Source: Podarcis tiliguerta (lineage: Eukaryota). From it: a DNA stretch of 64,000 nt. Positions 39,020 through 52,606 of this stretch are shown here, one piece after another. The DNA lies in assembly GCA_965153285.1 (NCBI GenBank), contig OZ229116.1, one strand, 5' to 3'. Within the stretch, counting starts at the first letter, position 1, and each line of letters starts with the position of its first letter. The notes beneath the pieces are model-generated. The model saw nothing but the letters and a program-made list of their open reading frames with translations. It was not told where the DNA came from and ran no database searches. The translations under genes were made by a program, and so were the position numbers.

Positions 39020-39190
39020 GAGTTCAGTACTGTCACTGCTTTGGTCATCCTGGTGGATGATCTATGCAGACAAGGGCAAAGACAGAGTGACTACATTGGT
39101 TCTTCTTGATGTCTCAGCAACAATATATACCATCAACCATTGTATCCTTCTGGACAAATATGGAAATTTTGATGCTAGGGGCACCACTTG
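39020..39190 (+). mobile_element. L2-type reverse transcriptase fragment
   Basis: Degenerate TALVxLVDDL...LVLLDVSATIYTINHCILL, compare RT motif LLDLSAAFDTIDH. Confidence 0.7.
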
Positions 39191-39674
39191 GAGTAGGAAT
39201 GTCTTAAGAAATCCAATAGGGTTGCTCATCCCTACACAACTGCTGCGACCAGAATTAGGACGGGCAGCATTGGCCACCTCAAGTGGACTACTCATGATGA
39301 TTCTGCACCCTGGTTTCCCTTGTTATTTGGCCCTCACTCACACAGAGTCAATGCACACCCCTAGCAGATATAGCATGCTAACTCAAGCTTAAATCCCTGC
39401 TCAGTTTACTGATTACTGTATCCTCATGCACTCCACTAATCACTGAGATATTCTATCATGCACAAATTACACGGCTCTTAAAGGAGCTACACAGGGTGCC
39501 AATGAGCTACCAGTCCAGGTTTATGAGATTGGTTTACCTTACTTAGGTTCCCAGATTTTTGCTGCATTTCATTTTCATAATTTTTATGTCTGATGGCTAT
39601 ACCTTTAAATTTTGTTGTACACCACCTTAAAACCTAATGAGAAAGCTGTTTTAATATTCTGGCTGATTAATATT

Positions 39675-39845
39675 CTACAGTCTTTTAAATGTATGAAAAG
39701 GGAGTGTTTTGCTGTTTTGTTTTAATTATTTACTTATTTTTATCCTGTATTTTATTCTGTGAGCTGCCCTGAGATCTTATGGTGAAGGGCGTTCTATAAA
39801 TATAATAAAAATAAATAAAATAAAAATGTTTAAATAAATAAATGT
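39675..39845 (+). mobile_element. L2 3' end
   Basis: tgtgagctgccctgagatct...gaagggcg...ataaat followed by an (AAAT)-like tail. Confidence 0.7.
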
Positions 39846-40600
39846 ATTTTTCAAGCTGCTGGATAAGCTAAGACTGCTAAACAACTTTGCATGCTCAGAA
39901 ATGCCATACCAATGATTATAAAAATGGCTTTGGAGGTGTTTACACTCAAGAGTCTTGTTTCACACATGACTTTTTCCAAAGTAGAATGTGTATGTTGGGT
40001 GCAAACCAGACACCATTTCAGTATAACACTTCTTCTAATATTTGGAAGAATTACTACCCATGAGGCAGTATCCAACTAACAGGTCCCATCAGCGCAAGGT
40101 TACCACTTATGCAACTTGAGTCTCCATCCCTTTCACCCATGCGCATGCTCCATGCCCTCCTGAAAACCGTTCTGGGGAGTTGGGGGAACCCTTGGACCAG
40201 AATTAGGGAACATGCAGGGAGAGGAGAGGGGAAGAAGTCCCATTGCACAAGTAAAAATCCTTGCGCTGATGGGATGTTTACTTAATGCTACATTGGACAG
40301 ATCATTGCCTTTTGGTATTGACCCCGAAATCTCTACCTAGCAAATATAAATAAATAAAGTGCTAAGGAAAGAATCTTTTGCTATATATTTTCAATTACAT
40401 AAAACTTTTGTTTTCCACTTTTCATGGAAATGAAAGTAGAACCCCTTTATCTTGCTACTCACCTATGAAAAAATCCAAGAAAGGTCCTTGCAAAAATAAA
40501 ATGATATGCAACATTCACTATGGTCAACTGGCAAGGTGGAGGGAGCATTGAGTCTTGCAGTGCTGGCTGTTCATTTATCTATATAGCAATATATTCCTAC

Positions 40601-40702
40601 CTGGCCCATCCCAGTCTTCTGTTTCAAGCATAAGTGGTCCAGGTTTCTCCAACCGTGCATCCCCGTCAGAATCTGCTGCTTCTTGGCTGCCCTCTTCATC
40701 AC
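40601..40702 (-). CDS. ZFPM2: ZFPM2/FOG2 coding exon 3 (102 nt, phase 1-1): (G)[33 protein letters not shown](G)
   Basis: Matches recalled human [35 protein letters not shown]. Acceptor aattgatag|GT, donor CAG|gtagga; splices in frame to exon 2. Confidence 0.96.
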
Positions 40703-40819
40703 CTATCAATTTGCCAAGGAAATACACAGAATTAATATCCTCTGCTTCCTACTACTCTCTCTTTCTCCATCTTAAAGCACAAACACGAGACAATGAAATT
40801 AATCATTTTAACTGCATAT

Positions 40820-40871
<52 letters not shown>
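40820..40871. repeat. (TA)n(CA)15 microsatellite upstream of exon 3
   Basis: Read directly. Confidence 0.95.
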
Positions 40872-40873
<2 letters not shown>

Positions 40874-42202
40874 CTTTCTACTAGACAATAAAATTAACAA
40901 TCTTATTTTTTAAAATAACAATATTCTAACACGTTTGCATCTAAGGAGTTATTAAAATGTCAATAAATCCTACAATACTTTATAAGAATCAAATCCCTGA
41001 AGCTTGTTCACAGCTTCAAAAGTCTATATCAGCCTTCCCCAACATAGAAACATTTAATTTGAGGGGATTTGTGGGGTAAAACCAATGATGGGCCTGTATG
41101 ATGCAGATGTGGATTGGGGGAAGATTTGGAGGTGGGGAAGGGATTATGCGTTTTCTGAGGAAAAAAGGACAGCACAGATTTTCAGCAAGAAAACAGAAAT
41201 CCATGAGATTCTTTAAAAATTTCCACTTCATAGGTGGGAAATACATCTAGCTCAGAAGGCAGTCCTTAGGAGATAGGTTTGAACCTTAGCACATTTTAGA
41301 AAATAAATGCTGAGTAAACTTTGTGGCCTATTAGCTGGGATTGTGTTTTACCAACAGCATAACAGAATATAGCATTGTTTGCACACAGGCAGTAATTTCC
41401 CCCCTACATATAATTGGAAGTGTCACATTTGGGGGGAGGGGGGGTCAGGATGCTACTTTGCTATCCAAAAGACACAAATCTGGAAGTCCTAACAAAATCA
41501 GATCCATTTAGGACTGAAGTTCTAGTGTCATACAGGCATTCTTCACACTACAGTAATCCATGCACATCCCCTCAATATAAGTCTCTCATAAAAAATTCTT
41601 ATGCAATAGTAACTATTGAGCTTTCTTGACTGAGTATCACAGCAGCTGTTCGTCCCCCTATAATGTATTTTGCAATCGGCTAAATCTACAAAGTATTTTT
41701 TTTAACAATGAACAGTTCAGAACTGACAGGTCTAGTTTCTTGTTCACAACTGCTTATCACAGTACAGATATCATATATGTTTTCCAGGTGCTTTCTATAG
41801 TTAGGATACCTTCACAGAAGCCGCTCCTGAAAGATAAGGTCATAAAAGAGATGAAAAATGTGTGAGCTTCATACACTCATGGTTTTATCATCAGACAAGA
41901 TAGCTTTCGGTAAAGGACTTCTAGTTACAAACAGAAAGCTGCCTACAAGAAGAGAGGGAAATGTGAAAAGTTTGGAATGGAGTTCAAGTTTACTCTCCCA
42001 GGAAGCATAAATGTAAAACTAAATTACCAGTATCACCAAACAGAAAATTACAGTGGAAACTCTGTTTCAAAGTGACACTACAGAGCATCATAAATAAATA
42101 CATCAAATTTTGGAGTGCCATGAGAGAGCTCTCCTTTTGCTGCTGCTTTTTACATGCCCATACTATGTGTACACACTGCAGGGAACCACAACGGGCCTTA
42201 AT

Positions 42203-42400
42203 AATATAAGAGCAAAAAGAGTCCTGCTGGATCAGTCCAAAGGTCCATCTCATCTAGCATTCTGTTTCTAACAAAAAACAGTCAGGTGCGTTTGGGAAGC
42301 CCACAAAAGGAGCAGGGCATGAAGGCAAGAGCTTTCTCCTTTTGCTTATTTCCAGCAGCTGGTCTTCAGAGGTCTACACTGATCCTTGGCAGTCTGAACA
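42203..42400 (-). mobile_element. CR1-family 3' UTR fragment
   Basis: ataagagcaaaaagagtcctgctggatcagtccaaaggtccatct...agcattctgttt. Confidence 0.6.
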
Positions 42401-43995
42401 TGGCAAAAAGGAAAAAAAGGAAAGACAACAATAATTTTCACAAAGTAAAGGAAATACCATGCAAGCGCCTAGTACCTGCTAAATTTACTGCCCTAAGTCA
42501 GTAAAAATACAAATAGTGCTGATTTAAAAACAATTATCAGTGAAGGCTCAAGTTATAGCCTCCAACCTAATTTTAAACAGTACAACCAAGCTAACTGAAG
42601 CCAGTTTTCATTTGGCTGGATTCATGCTAAATTTGTCACAGTTTTCAGCCTGATTTCAATAGGTGCAAATAACTTAATCCACCTCATCCCACCATCAGCA
42701 ATGGTGTAACATTATCTCAGCAAAAAAGACAATGTACTATATATTCCAGCTGATTTCAGTGAGAATTAAAAAACAGCTCCTTCTATTCCGACCTATTCAG
42801 CCATAGTAAAGCATAAGATAGAGGCTACCTCTGCAGTGAGATATGGCACATCAACATCAGTATGTAAATTTCAGAGAGCTCATATCTTATATTGTATGGG
42901 TGTGGACCATGGAACTATATAACACTGGCTTCGTGTATGGGGAACTTCTCAAGTTTGGAGGTGTTCAAACACACAACTTCAGTCCCAAATGCAAAAGGGG
43001 TGCTCTTTAGACAAACAGTCAAGTGAAGCAAGAGTACAAGAAGAGGTCATTATCAGAACCCCTGCAAGTATTTCAGATCATGACTTCAGAGCCAAATCAA
43101 TTTTGCAGTGAATCATGACACACCAAAAGCAGATACATTCTTGGGAGCATAGTATTTTTCACTTTAATGGGTTATTGTTTGCAATCTGCCCAAAGTTCTG
43201 GCAATGGACTTTAGGAATGATTGATTTTAATCATTTTCTAGTCTGACACTTTTGCATTTATTTGCCCATAAAACTGTCCTGTATCCACGTGAATTGGCTA
43301 ATTTTTAAAGTTTCTCATGAATGAGTATTTAAATATATACTTTCAAGCATATTTTCTTTAAAAAATATGTGTTTTAAACAAATGTTGATAGAATTTTTGA
43401 ACAGGACATTCAGGAGATAGGAAAGTCAGTGGAAATCTAACTACACAGTCATTTAGGAGAATCGGATTCTGTCAGTTCACACTGGAATCCACAAATATCA
43501 AATTGCTCAGGCATGCCTAAGTAATTTACAGTTCTGATAATATAAACAACGTTGCCACAACCTTCTCCATGTACAAGTCTATCTAATGGGTTTGGAAATA
43601 CAGAACTGCAGGAAGTGCTCCTCTCAGAACACAGTGTTGGAATCAAATTGGGAAAAAATGGGGGAAAGGGGAGGTTTCTTGAAGTCCCTCTATCAGAAAT
43701 TGAAACTTGAAAACACAATTGGAAAACTGTAGCTGCCTCATCATTTCTTCAAATGATCCACCACCTGGTGGGAAAAAGTACATTGAGATTTAAGCAGATT
43801 TAAGTGAGAGATTACGACATGTAAATAATTCCTATCTCACTCTTGGAGGTTAAAAAATTTCAGGGGTGTTCCTATGTTAGGTTTTTAGGAAGCATTACAT
43901 CCACTGATTTAAGAGCTATGGGATTCACTATGATTTAAGAAGGAAAGTCCTCAAAGAAAAACATCCAGTTAGCCAACAATATATCCATGTGCGTA

Positions 43996-44254
43996 CAGTA
44001 TTTTTTGCTCTATAAGACGCACCAGACCACAAGACGCACCTAGTTTTTGGAGGAGGAAAACAAGAAAAAGAATATTCTGAATCTCAGAAGCCATAACAGC
44101 AAGAGGGATCGCTGCGCAGTGAAAGCAGCAATCCCTCTTGCTGTTCTGGCTTCTGGGATAGCTGTGCAGCCTGAATTTGCTCCATAAGGCGCACACACAT
44201 TTCCCCTTACTTTTTAGGAGGGAAAAAGTGAGTCTTATAGAGCAAAAAATATGG
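43996..44254. mobile_element. Tc2/pogo-like MITE with an internal hairpin
   Basis: TA TSDs; TIRs cagtattttttgctctataagac / gtcttatagagcaaaaaatatgg; internal arms aacagcaagagggat / atccctcttgctgtt. Confidence 0.9.
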
Positions 44255-45604
44255 TAATTATTGTAGTATTGAGCTGCATTTCAGTAAAACAGGGGTTCTG
44301 TTATTTTTTAATTTAATTGATTTTTTTTTTTAAAAAAATCTCTTTTATGTCAGTTCTTTTCTTAGCCATACCCAGCTCTGTCTGACAGAAATGGGACAAA
44401 AGGAGTAGGGGACGACGACTGTAGAATTGCAGGTTCTCTGCCGCACTCATTTAGCACCATTTATACCCCATATTTTCCTGCTCTTTTCTCCTGACTGCCG
44501 CCTATCACTTAGTAATTGGTGCTTATTACTTACAAAGTGACATTTCTTAAAGTGCTGGTGACAAGCAGTATGTTGCTTTTATACTTGAAGCACATAGCTT
44601 TATAGCTGCCAAATACACACAGAGAGAGAAGGGGGGTGGAGGAACAAGAACAGTCACATTCCATGGGATAGACAGCAGCCAGTATTATGCTGCCCAATGG
44701 GATTATGTGAAAACCGTACGTCAGAACTTGAAAAGAGTGTATCCAAACATGAAATCATCTTTAATACTGATCCTGAAGTATTTCACAGTTTCCTGAATGT
44801 ACCCAGTTTCACTTTTGGGGATTTCCACCACAACCCTAAGATTAGATCTTGCTTATTAAATAAAAGGCCACTGAATCAAAAAGCTCTGCATGTGCCTAGT
44901 TGCACAAGGAACAGAATTGTGTACACAACTAGATTAGCCCTTCCGAAAGCTGAAGAGGGAAGCCATTTTTAGGGTTGAACTACAGTGTACATTTGGGGAA
45001 TTAGGAGCTGCAGCTGGAAAAACCTCAAAAGAAAGCTCCAGTTTCTCTTGGTTCTCTCACCTGTATGCTTACGTAGCTTCTTTGAATCATATTATTTGGT
45101 ATATTTACCACTACTCAGTACTCCTTCAACAGCTACACTGCCCCAGTAATTAAATTTTTATTGGATTAGGTGCTGTTTTGAAAGTGTAACTCACCCTGAG
45201 GGGATGAGGTGAGGGATAAATCAAAATAAATTAACTGCCATTAATAAATATGTCTGGTCAAAAGTTGCTTACTTTTTTATTCTAACTTGTGTGGTAATCC
45301 TGTCATAAAGAGCATTTATCCAACACCACAGATTTGATGCAACAATATTTTCCCTGATATAGTCAGTTCTGTATTAACACTACAATGAAAAAATTCTTTG
45401 GGTCAGGACTGTCCATTATTATTAAACAATATTCTAGGATTCCCCACCAGCAAGCCATTGAGAACAAAAGCATAAGGAAAAATACTTGACTCTTGGATGA
45501 AATTGGAAACAGACTACCTGGTACAAAAGTGGCTGCTAGATGAGAGCAAATTACTCTGTTCCTGTTAGTTTATAGTCCTTATCCAATTAATAGATCACTT
45601 CAAA

Positions 45605-45878
45605 TGTATTTCTCTGCTTTTCCTTTGGAATACACCAACAAGGCCGAGAAGGGGGTCTTGTCAACTGGGCAAACCTGGACCGCCATACACACTGTCCAGG
45701 CTTGTGCCCCAGAGAGTTCAGTTTGGTGCTGCTAATGAAGCAAAACAAACATGGGAGGCAGCAGTTATGAGTTACCAGTCTCTGCAGCCACAGCAGGCGC
45801 TGTGATTCTCCAGCAGTTTTGACTTCACCCCTGGAGGCACACTCCAGTGACTCTCAAGACAGACAGATGCCAACAACC
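45605..45878 (+). mobile_element. Retroposon fragment (family not assigned)
   Basis: GC-rich block ending gacttcacccctggaggcacactcca...agacagacagatgccaacaac; resembles a recalled lizard interspersed repeat. Confidence 0.5.
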
Positions 45879-48800
45879 TCCAATTCAGCATTTCTGATGT
45901 CTTAAAAAGGGGGATCATTACCACACACTGCAAAAGGTCTTATTACATCTAGCTCTATAGTTCGAGTCCATTGAACTCTCATGAAGACCCAGAAGGGCAT
46001 CTGGAAAAGAATCTAGATCTTGTATCACTCAGCACTTGATCCAAGATTAGGGAACTACTACCAGAATCACCCTCTATCTGACATAGAGAAGTAATTCCAA
46101 TCTGAGTTCAAATGTGGAGATCAACCAAGTCCGTTCTAAACTAGACTCTGTATGTTTGTAATTCTATTTAATTCACTTACATTTACTTCTGGCCAAGGAA
46201 AACCAGAAGCAAATTCTGATGAATTCCAAAAGCTGATTTAAAACAGATTGCATTTTCTGGCTACTATCCAGATAAATTGTTTGAATGTCTATAGCAGCTC
46301 CCAGTTTTGAAGAGGCAAGTTACTTTTTTAAACTAAACAGAGGCTTGCCTCTTTGGGCATATGAGCAGTAGAGAAAACTGCAAAGGAAACCATGTTTTTC
46401 AGCTGCACATGCAGTACGTTTACTTATGTACACATATTTTTTTGGATCAAATAAACTTTCATGGTACAGACAAAATATATCAAGTAATAGATTTTGCAAT
46501 ACAAATCCTCAGTGTTAATATATGCGCAAACCATCGGGAATTTGATGCTGATGATTCTTTGAAAATCTTTTAAAAGTACTGTTTATTACATACATTAGCC
46601 TTTTCCTCCTTTTTACCTTCCATTGGGGAACACATGTCATCATGTATTATACACTATCTCTGCTTACCAAAAAGAATTAGTGTGCCCTTCATTTCCTTGA
46701 AAAACATACATAAAGGCTGCAGGAAGAATTAAAAATAAATAATAAAATTAAGGAAGTGCAAGCTCGAAGAAACATGAAGTATTGTCAGAAAAAGATAATG
46801 TCAATCCTGGGGGAGTTGTGGGGCCTTGTGCCAAGCAAAGCTGGGGGCTGTTCAATCACCTCTATCAGTGCTCTATCAGTGTCTACACTCCAGCCAAATC
46901 CAGAGAAAACAAGGAGTCAAAGATGCAGGTCAATAAGCTTATAGACGATTTGCAGAAACAGCTCCTCCAGCAAGGTAAAAAACAAAGTCATATTGGCTTT
47001 TCGGTTTTGGGTGGTTTTTTTATTATTCTTTCACTTTGAACTCTTTGGTCTAAGCACACCCTGGAAATGTCACTGTTATATGCAAGAAATTTAAAGAGCT
47101 GATCTTCTTAATCCCGTTAAGAAAAAAGAACAAAGTTGTCTGTAAAGACCTCCCTATTGAACTCAAGAGTGATTACTGTATGGTATAGCTGCCTTATGCT
47201 GATCCTGCTCCCAATTGCTCGAGCATTAGAAGAGCAGAAAATATGTCATTAAAGACATTGCTCGGGAGAGGGGAAATCACTATTGATTGAAAATATTTCA
47301 TTAAAAAGAATAACTAGACCTTCCTGCTTATTTTAAAGCACACACATACATAGAAAGAAAAACAAGCAAATATATTAAGTATCAAAGCTAGACACAAAAG
47401 CTGCAGAAAATATTTACACATGCTCACATAAAATCATTCAACAGAAGGAAGGAGGGATACCAGGAAATCATTTCCTAGGCTGCCAAGGATTTGGTGAGTG
47501 TTAGAGACAGTGCCAGCGACAGCTCCACACAGACACAGCATGAAGGAGAAAAAGGATGCAGAAAACAATAAAATGTAATACTGGAGTCTTTTAGCAGCAC
47601 TTATAACATCAGGAGCAGTGCAGTGGATCACGGGCTCCTTCTTCAGCTCCTTACAACTTGCACACAAATTCCTTCACACTTCATGCAAGTTATTTGTTAT
47701 CTATATGGTTGCCCACACTGACTTCTATTAACTATAACCCCGAGTTTCCTCTTAAGCTTCCAAAATTAGGGTTTAAAACTGGTTAGAAAACCCTGGTTAA
47801 GAAGACAGAATCCAGTCAATGTTAACTATGGTTAATGTTTGTGTCAATGCATCACTTAATGAAGGCCAACTAGGAAAGAATAGAAGGCACGGCAGCCAAG
47901 AAATGTATACTCTTGTGTGTGGTTCCCTGTGTCTTAACCGTTTTTACATATGTACCAACTCGTAACCTCAGCTTTTGTTGACTCTTTTGTAAAGGCTCAC
48001 TGCTGATACTCAAGCCACACTGAAATAAGGGAAAACTCACAAGATTTAATTAATCCTGCACGTGTCTGCTCAGAAGTAAGCACCCTTAGGATCAATGGAA
48101 GTTATTCGTAGGACAGTGTGTAAAGGACTGCAGCTTTGATAACCTACTCACAAAGTATGATTTGTAAAACAAAGACTGATTACATAGGTTGAGCTTCTTA
48201 AACAGCATCCTAACTATTAACGGGTAATTTCAGCTTCTCTTTTAGTATATACTTTTATGTGCCAGTAGCAGATATCTATCACCCCCCGCCTTGCCATGCT
48301 AGGTCTCATCCACCTAACATAAACTGCAAACTCTAAAACCAGAGGTTAACTGTGTCTTATACAAAAAAATTACATGGCTCATGATCAAAATATCAAGACA
48401 AACACAAATAATAAAATCAACTGAAATTAATCAGACTCAGCAAAAATGCGGTTCATATTAAATTATTCCACCAGTATTCACAGCTAGAGAGAATAGAAAC
48501 AACTTATCTTACCTCCCCTCCTAAACTTTCAGAAATATAGTCACAGGTGCAGTTCCTCAGGAAGGGAAAGCTAAGTTTCACCACCCAATTCCAAATATTC
48601 TTTAAAATGCCCCTCCATTCCCCCTACCTGCACATCTGGGAGGGCATTTCAGTCCACCCTTCATCAAACTGAATGAATAAATTTTTAACCAATGAAGAAA
48701 AGAGGATCGAGCTTACTGTCAGGCTGTATTTGCCAGTATTTATACCACAGTGGCTGTTGTGGCACATCAAAATCCTCTCTGTGGCTGAATGAAACCCCCA

Positions 48801-51800
48801 AGACCTGAACATTCATAGACTATGGTAGCTCACCAGGCTAAGTCTCAGCCTCAAAGCTTCAGCTTCTTAGTTGGAAGTTTCCCCTGGAGTCCTTGACACA
48901 AAGTTATAAAATAATGCTAGTGCTATTTTGTGTTGTGTGTGAACTTTTAGTTATTTGGTTGATTCTTCTTTGATATGCAGTGGAGCCTGGGGCAAGGAGG
49001 TGCACTGAAAATCTAATACGGAGTTTGTGGGGAAAATGACCCAATGCACTTCAAGTGAATTTCCAAGGTCCCTTCAATAAAATTTTCAGTCTTTTCCAGA
49101 GCATTAAAAGAAAAAGAAGGGGGTGGGGGAAGGGACAATCCAGGAATGACTTTATAATACTCTCCATCTCTCAATACTTCAAAGTAGGCATTTTCTGTCA
49201 CACCGCCCTCAGTTGGAAAGAGATTACTGGGTTTATGTACACTTTCATTCTTAGAAATATCCTTTCCAATTTCATTTGTAGCTGTGGCAGTGAAGGACAG
49301 TTTTACAGCTTCTTCTATGAATATTGCTATACACCATCTCCCACAAGGAGTGTGAAGATGTCAAAGACCATGTAGCCATGCATATGTTTATGTATGAAGA
49401 TGCAACAGATGTCTTCAGTAAACCCAAGTTTTGGAAAACAGATGACCAACCAAAACTCTAAGCAAAAGCTTTACTGTTTGTTTCAGTGATGTACAAATCT
49501 GAAGTTCATATTTTGGGGTTTCTAATTGTTCAGAACAGCCAGAAGTCAGGAACATGACTTAAAAACTCATTTGTGCATGTGTGAAGCAATGATAGGTTCC
49601 TCTTTCATTTTCACCATTGTACCTTCCACAATCCATTTACATTACCTGTGGAAACTATTAGGGGAAGTTTCATTTGGGCATACAATGAACAATAAATAGT
49701 TTCTTTAGATTGCAGCCTAAATGAATACACATTAGGTAATAAACTCCCTAATCTATATGATATTGAGCTAACAGAAGTGCAGCCTCTGACAATGAATGGC
49801 TTAGGTGATGCCATAACAGAGAATGCTCAGCTACTGAGTAAATGACAGTTTGTAGACCAGCTTCAGTGAGGGAAAAGAAAGTTGTAAATTTGGCTAAGGA
49901 CTGAGAAGATGTCTAGAATATAGGGAAACTAAGAGATAGAAGCTGAGAGGCAAGGAGGCTGAAGGACAGGTGCGGAGTATGTAATGCACTGAGATAGAAA
50001 AACCTGAAGGAAAAAGAGCTAGGAAATAACGCTTAAAGAAATGTGTGGGGTGGGAGGGAGACAGATTATTTGGGCACAAGGAGGCTTTGAGACACTTTAC
50101 AGAACTCAGTATCAGGAAGGACCTGAATGTTATTGGGGGAATGAATATGGAAGTGCTAGGGAGAGATAGGATGGCTAAGAGGCATGGGGAAACAGACTGA
50201 AGAACAGACATCTCAGAAACCAATGGATGGTGGTGGGAGACATGGACTCAAGAAAGGAAGACTCAAGGATAAAGCAGATTTGGAGTAAAACAAGAAAGAG
50301 GGCACAGAAGTAATTTAAGATGTGCACTAAAGGTAAAGAAAAAAGCAGGTATAAGAAGCTTGGAGGGCTGGAAATCATGGGCCAAGAAGCCAATCAGATG
50401 TGGCTTCTACTATAACTGTAATATTATGAAATATCAACCTTCTGAGAGCAAAGAGAGCCAAAAATCCAGTGTGCAGAGTCTGAATTTTACATATCGATCT
50501 AGCTGCAGTTTCTAGTTAAACTGTTACTAGCAGATGCAAATGAAACAGCTATTTTTCTGCAAGATCTTTGCAAGATTCAGGAATCCTTTCCACCAGTGTA
50601 TTTTCACTTTTCATTTATGTATTTGTTTATTTCACAAAATGTATATACCGTATGATTCTAATAAAACCTCTAAGTGGTTTTTAGAAGAAGGCTGCATTAT
50701 AATTATAATATTATCATTTTCTGATAACTGCCGCCAAGACTTTAAAGAGTAGGCATAAAATCACATAATAATACAGTGACTGGACAGTAACAAATATGCC
50801 ATTTTATATGGGCCAGACAATTCAACAAACTTAAAGTTTCTTTGCTCTTTGCTGCCTCAAGAAGCAATGGTCCAGCTTCAGCTTTTTAAACTGATATCTG
50901 TACAAGTCTTATGCCCATGCAGATCACCTGTCCACCCCTCCCTTCTTGGCATGCTGTGAGTGAAGGCTCCCTTGGGTTACCCATTTCATCTTATGTCACC
51001 ATAGTTTACTTTTATGTCCACACTGAAAAACTATGACGAGCAGGTTCTGAACAAACCAGGGTTTGAAACTTGTTTTACATCCCCAGGAATGCATAGGCAC
51101 AGGGCTCATGCTTGTCTATATTACATCTGAACTAGACCATTATTTCCTGGTTGAAATGTAAGCAGCTGGGACAAAGTAGAGTCAAATTATCATTAGAGGG
51201 GTAAGGCAATCCAATCATTATTATCTAGCTAATCAGCAGGACAAGTAAGAGAGAGTTCGAAAAGAGGGTCAGAACAGACTGACACAGCTCACGTCCAGCA
51301 TTAAAGTTAAAACCAATATAATTCATTTCATTTCAGGCCTTAAGAAACCAAACACATTTTTTGTCAACTCAGTTTTAGGGAGGGAAAGAGTTGACTATTA
51401 TGGACCCAAGCACAATGAACCATTGATATAGCAGAAGGAACTGGAGAAACTGAATGGCAAAACCACTCAAACAGGAGAATTTTTTATTTATTAAAGTTGT
51501 TTTAATTTATTTTTATTATTCACCTTGAACTTGTCTGAATAGGATAAAAAATGTTTCAAAGAAAGAAATAAGCCAGATTCCTTTTGTGCTCCATGTCTGG
51601 AAAGTGAAGCTATGAAGCTGTTCAAGCTTCTTTTACTGTCCTCTTTCTGAATCTTTTTCAAGACAGCTCCTCTTCAACTACGGTTAAAGATGGCTGGCTT
51701 TGAAAGTATCCATAGTTAATGTTAGCCACGCTTTATCAATCGAAATGTAACAAACCATGGTTGAGCAGAAGAGAAAGATTCCAAACTTCTGCTGCACAGG

Positions 51801-52606
51801 AAGAAGAGACAGGAGTGTGAGAGCTCAAGGCTTGTTGCAGCTCATTTATGTTAATTTGCATCCTGCTAAATAGGTTTAGCATGGTATGCAAATCTGCCCA
51901 ACCTGTCTTTTGCTCATGGCTTATCTTTGAAAAGTTACTGTGCATCATGGAGCCCATGCCATCACCTTAAAGGAATGTTTTATAATGTTGTAATCAACAG
52001 TTCATAGGAATCAAAACCACAGGAACACAGCTAAAAAAGCATTGGACAAAATTATTTCGAAAATGCTCTGAGAAGATACTATTTTTAAAATATAATTTAT
52101 TTTTGTTATTCACCTTGAACATGTTGCTACTAGTACCAAGATTTGTGACTTGATAGGTAACACGTATTGCAATTTTTTGTTTCTTAAGTCAGAATATTGT
52201 GTGGTTACATCCACACCATACACTTAAAGCACTTATACCACTTTATTTAATTAATTCAAATGACTTTTTGACTGCCAGAACCAGAATGAAATGCCTTTAA
52301 ACCTAAACCAAATATGAACACATACCAGTTTTAATGTGTGCTGTAAAAGAAAGGTTCTTTGAGCCTAAGTTCAGAATCAAATAAGGCAAAATGGTACAGC
52401 AGGAGCAAATGCTAAAAACTTTGCATTGAGACTGTGCATAAAAACAGTCTTTGTTAGTCTGAAGAAGCATTTGCTTAACAAACTGTTCAGCAAGAACTGG
52501 GTACATCTGATTATGTCAAAAGAGGAATTTTTTGTGTAAAATATTTGCAAAGGAGTCGATTCAATACAAATGACTGCTGACCCAAGGATTGCTTAATACT
52601 GATTAC

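Larger units (their letters stand above)
1..40600 (-). other. ZFPM2: ZFPM2 intron 3 (partial, >40.6 kb)
   Basis: Follows the exon 3 donor. I did not spot the expected exon 4 peptide ([28 protein letters not shown]) by eye; the mammalian intron is very large. Confidence 0.8.
40703..52606 (-). other. ZFPM2: ZFPM2 intron 2 (11,904 nt, GT-AG)
   Basis: Bounded by the exon 2 donor and the exon 3 acceptor. Confidence 0.93.

Noticed and set aside
40555-40884. 109-aa plus-strand ORF
   Set aside because: Antisense shadow of exon 3 running into a microsatellite.
46782-47039. 85-aa ORF with a coiled-coil-like end and an AAG|gtaaaa donor; ctctatcagtg resembles a tetO half-site
   Set aside because: No recognisable homology or partner exons; only a direct-repeat half-site, with no tetO palindrome or vector context.
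49880-50400. Purine-rich tract with hydrophobic minus-strand ORFs
   Set aside because: Low-complexity strand bias explains the ORFs; a similar tract lies at ~30680-31200.
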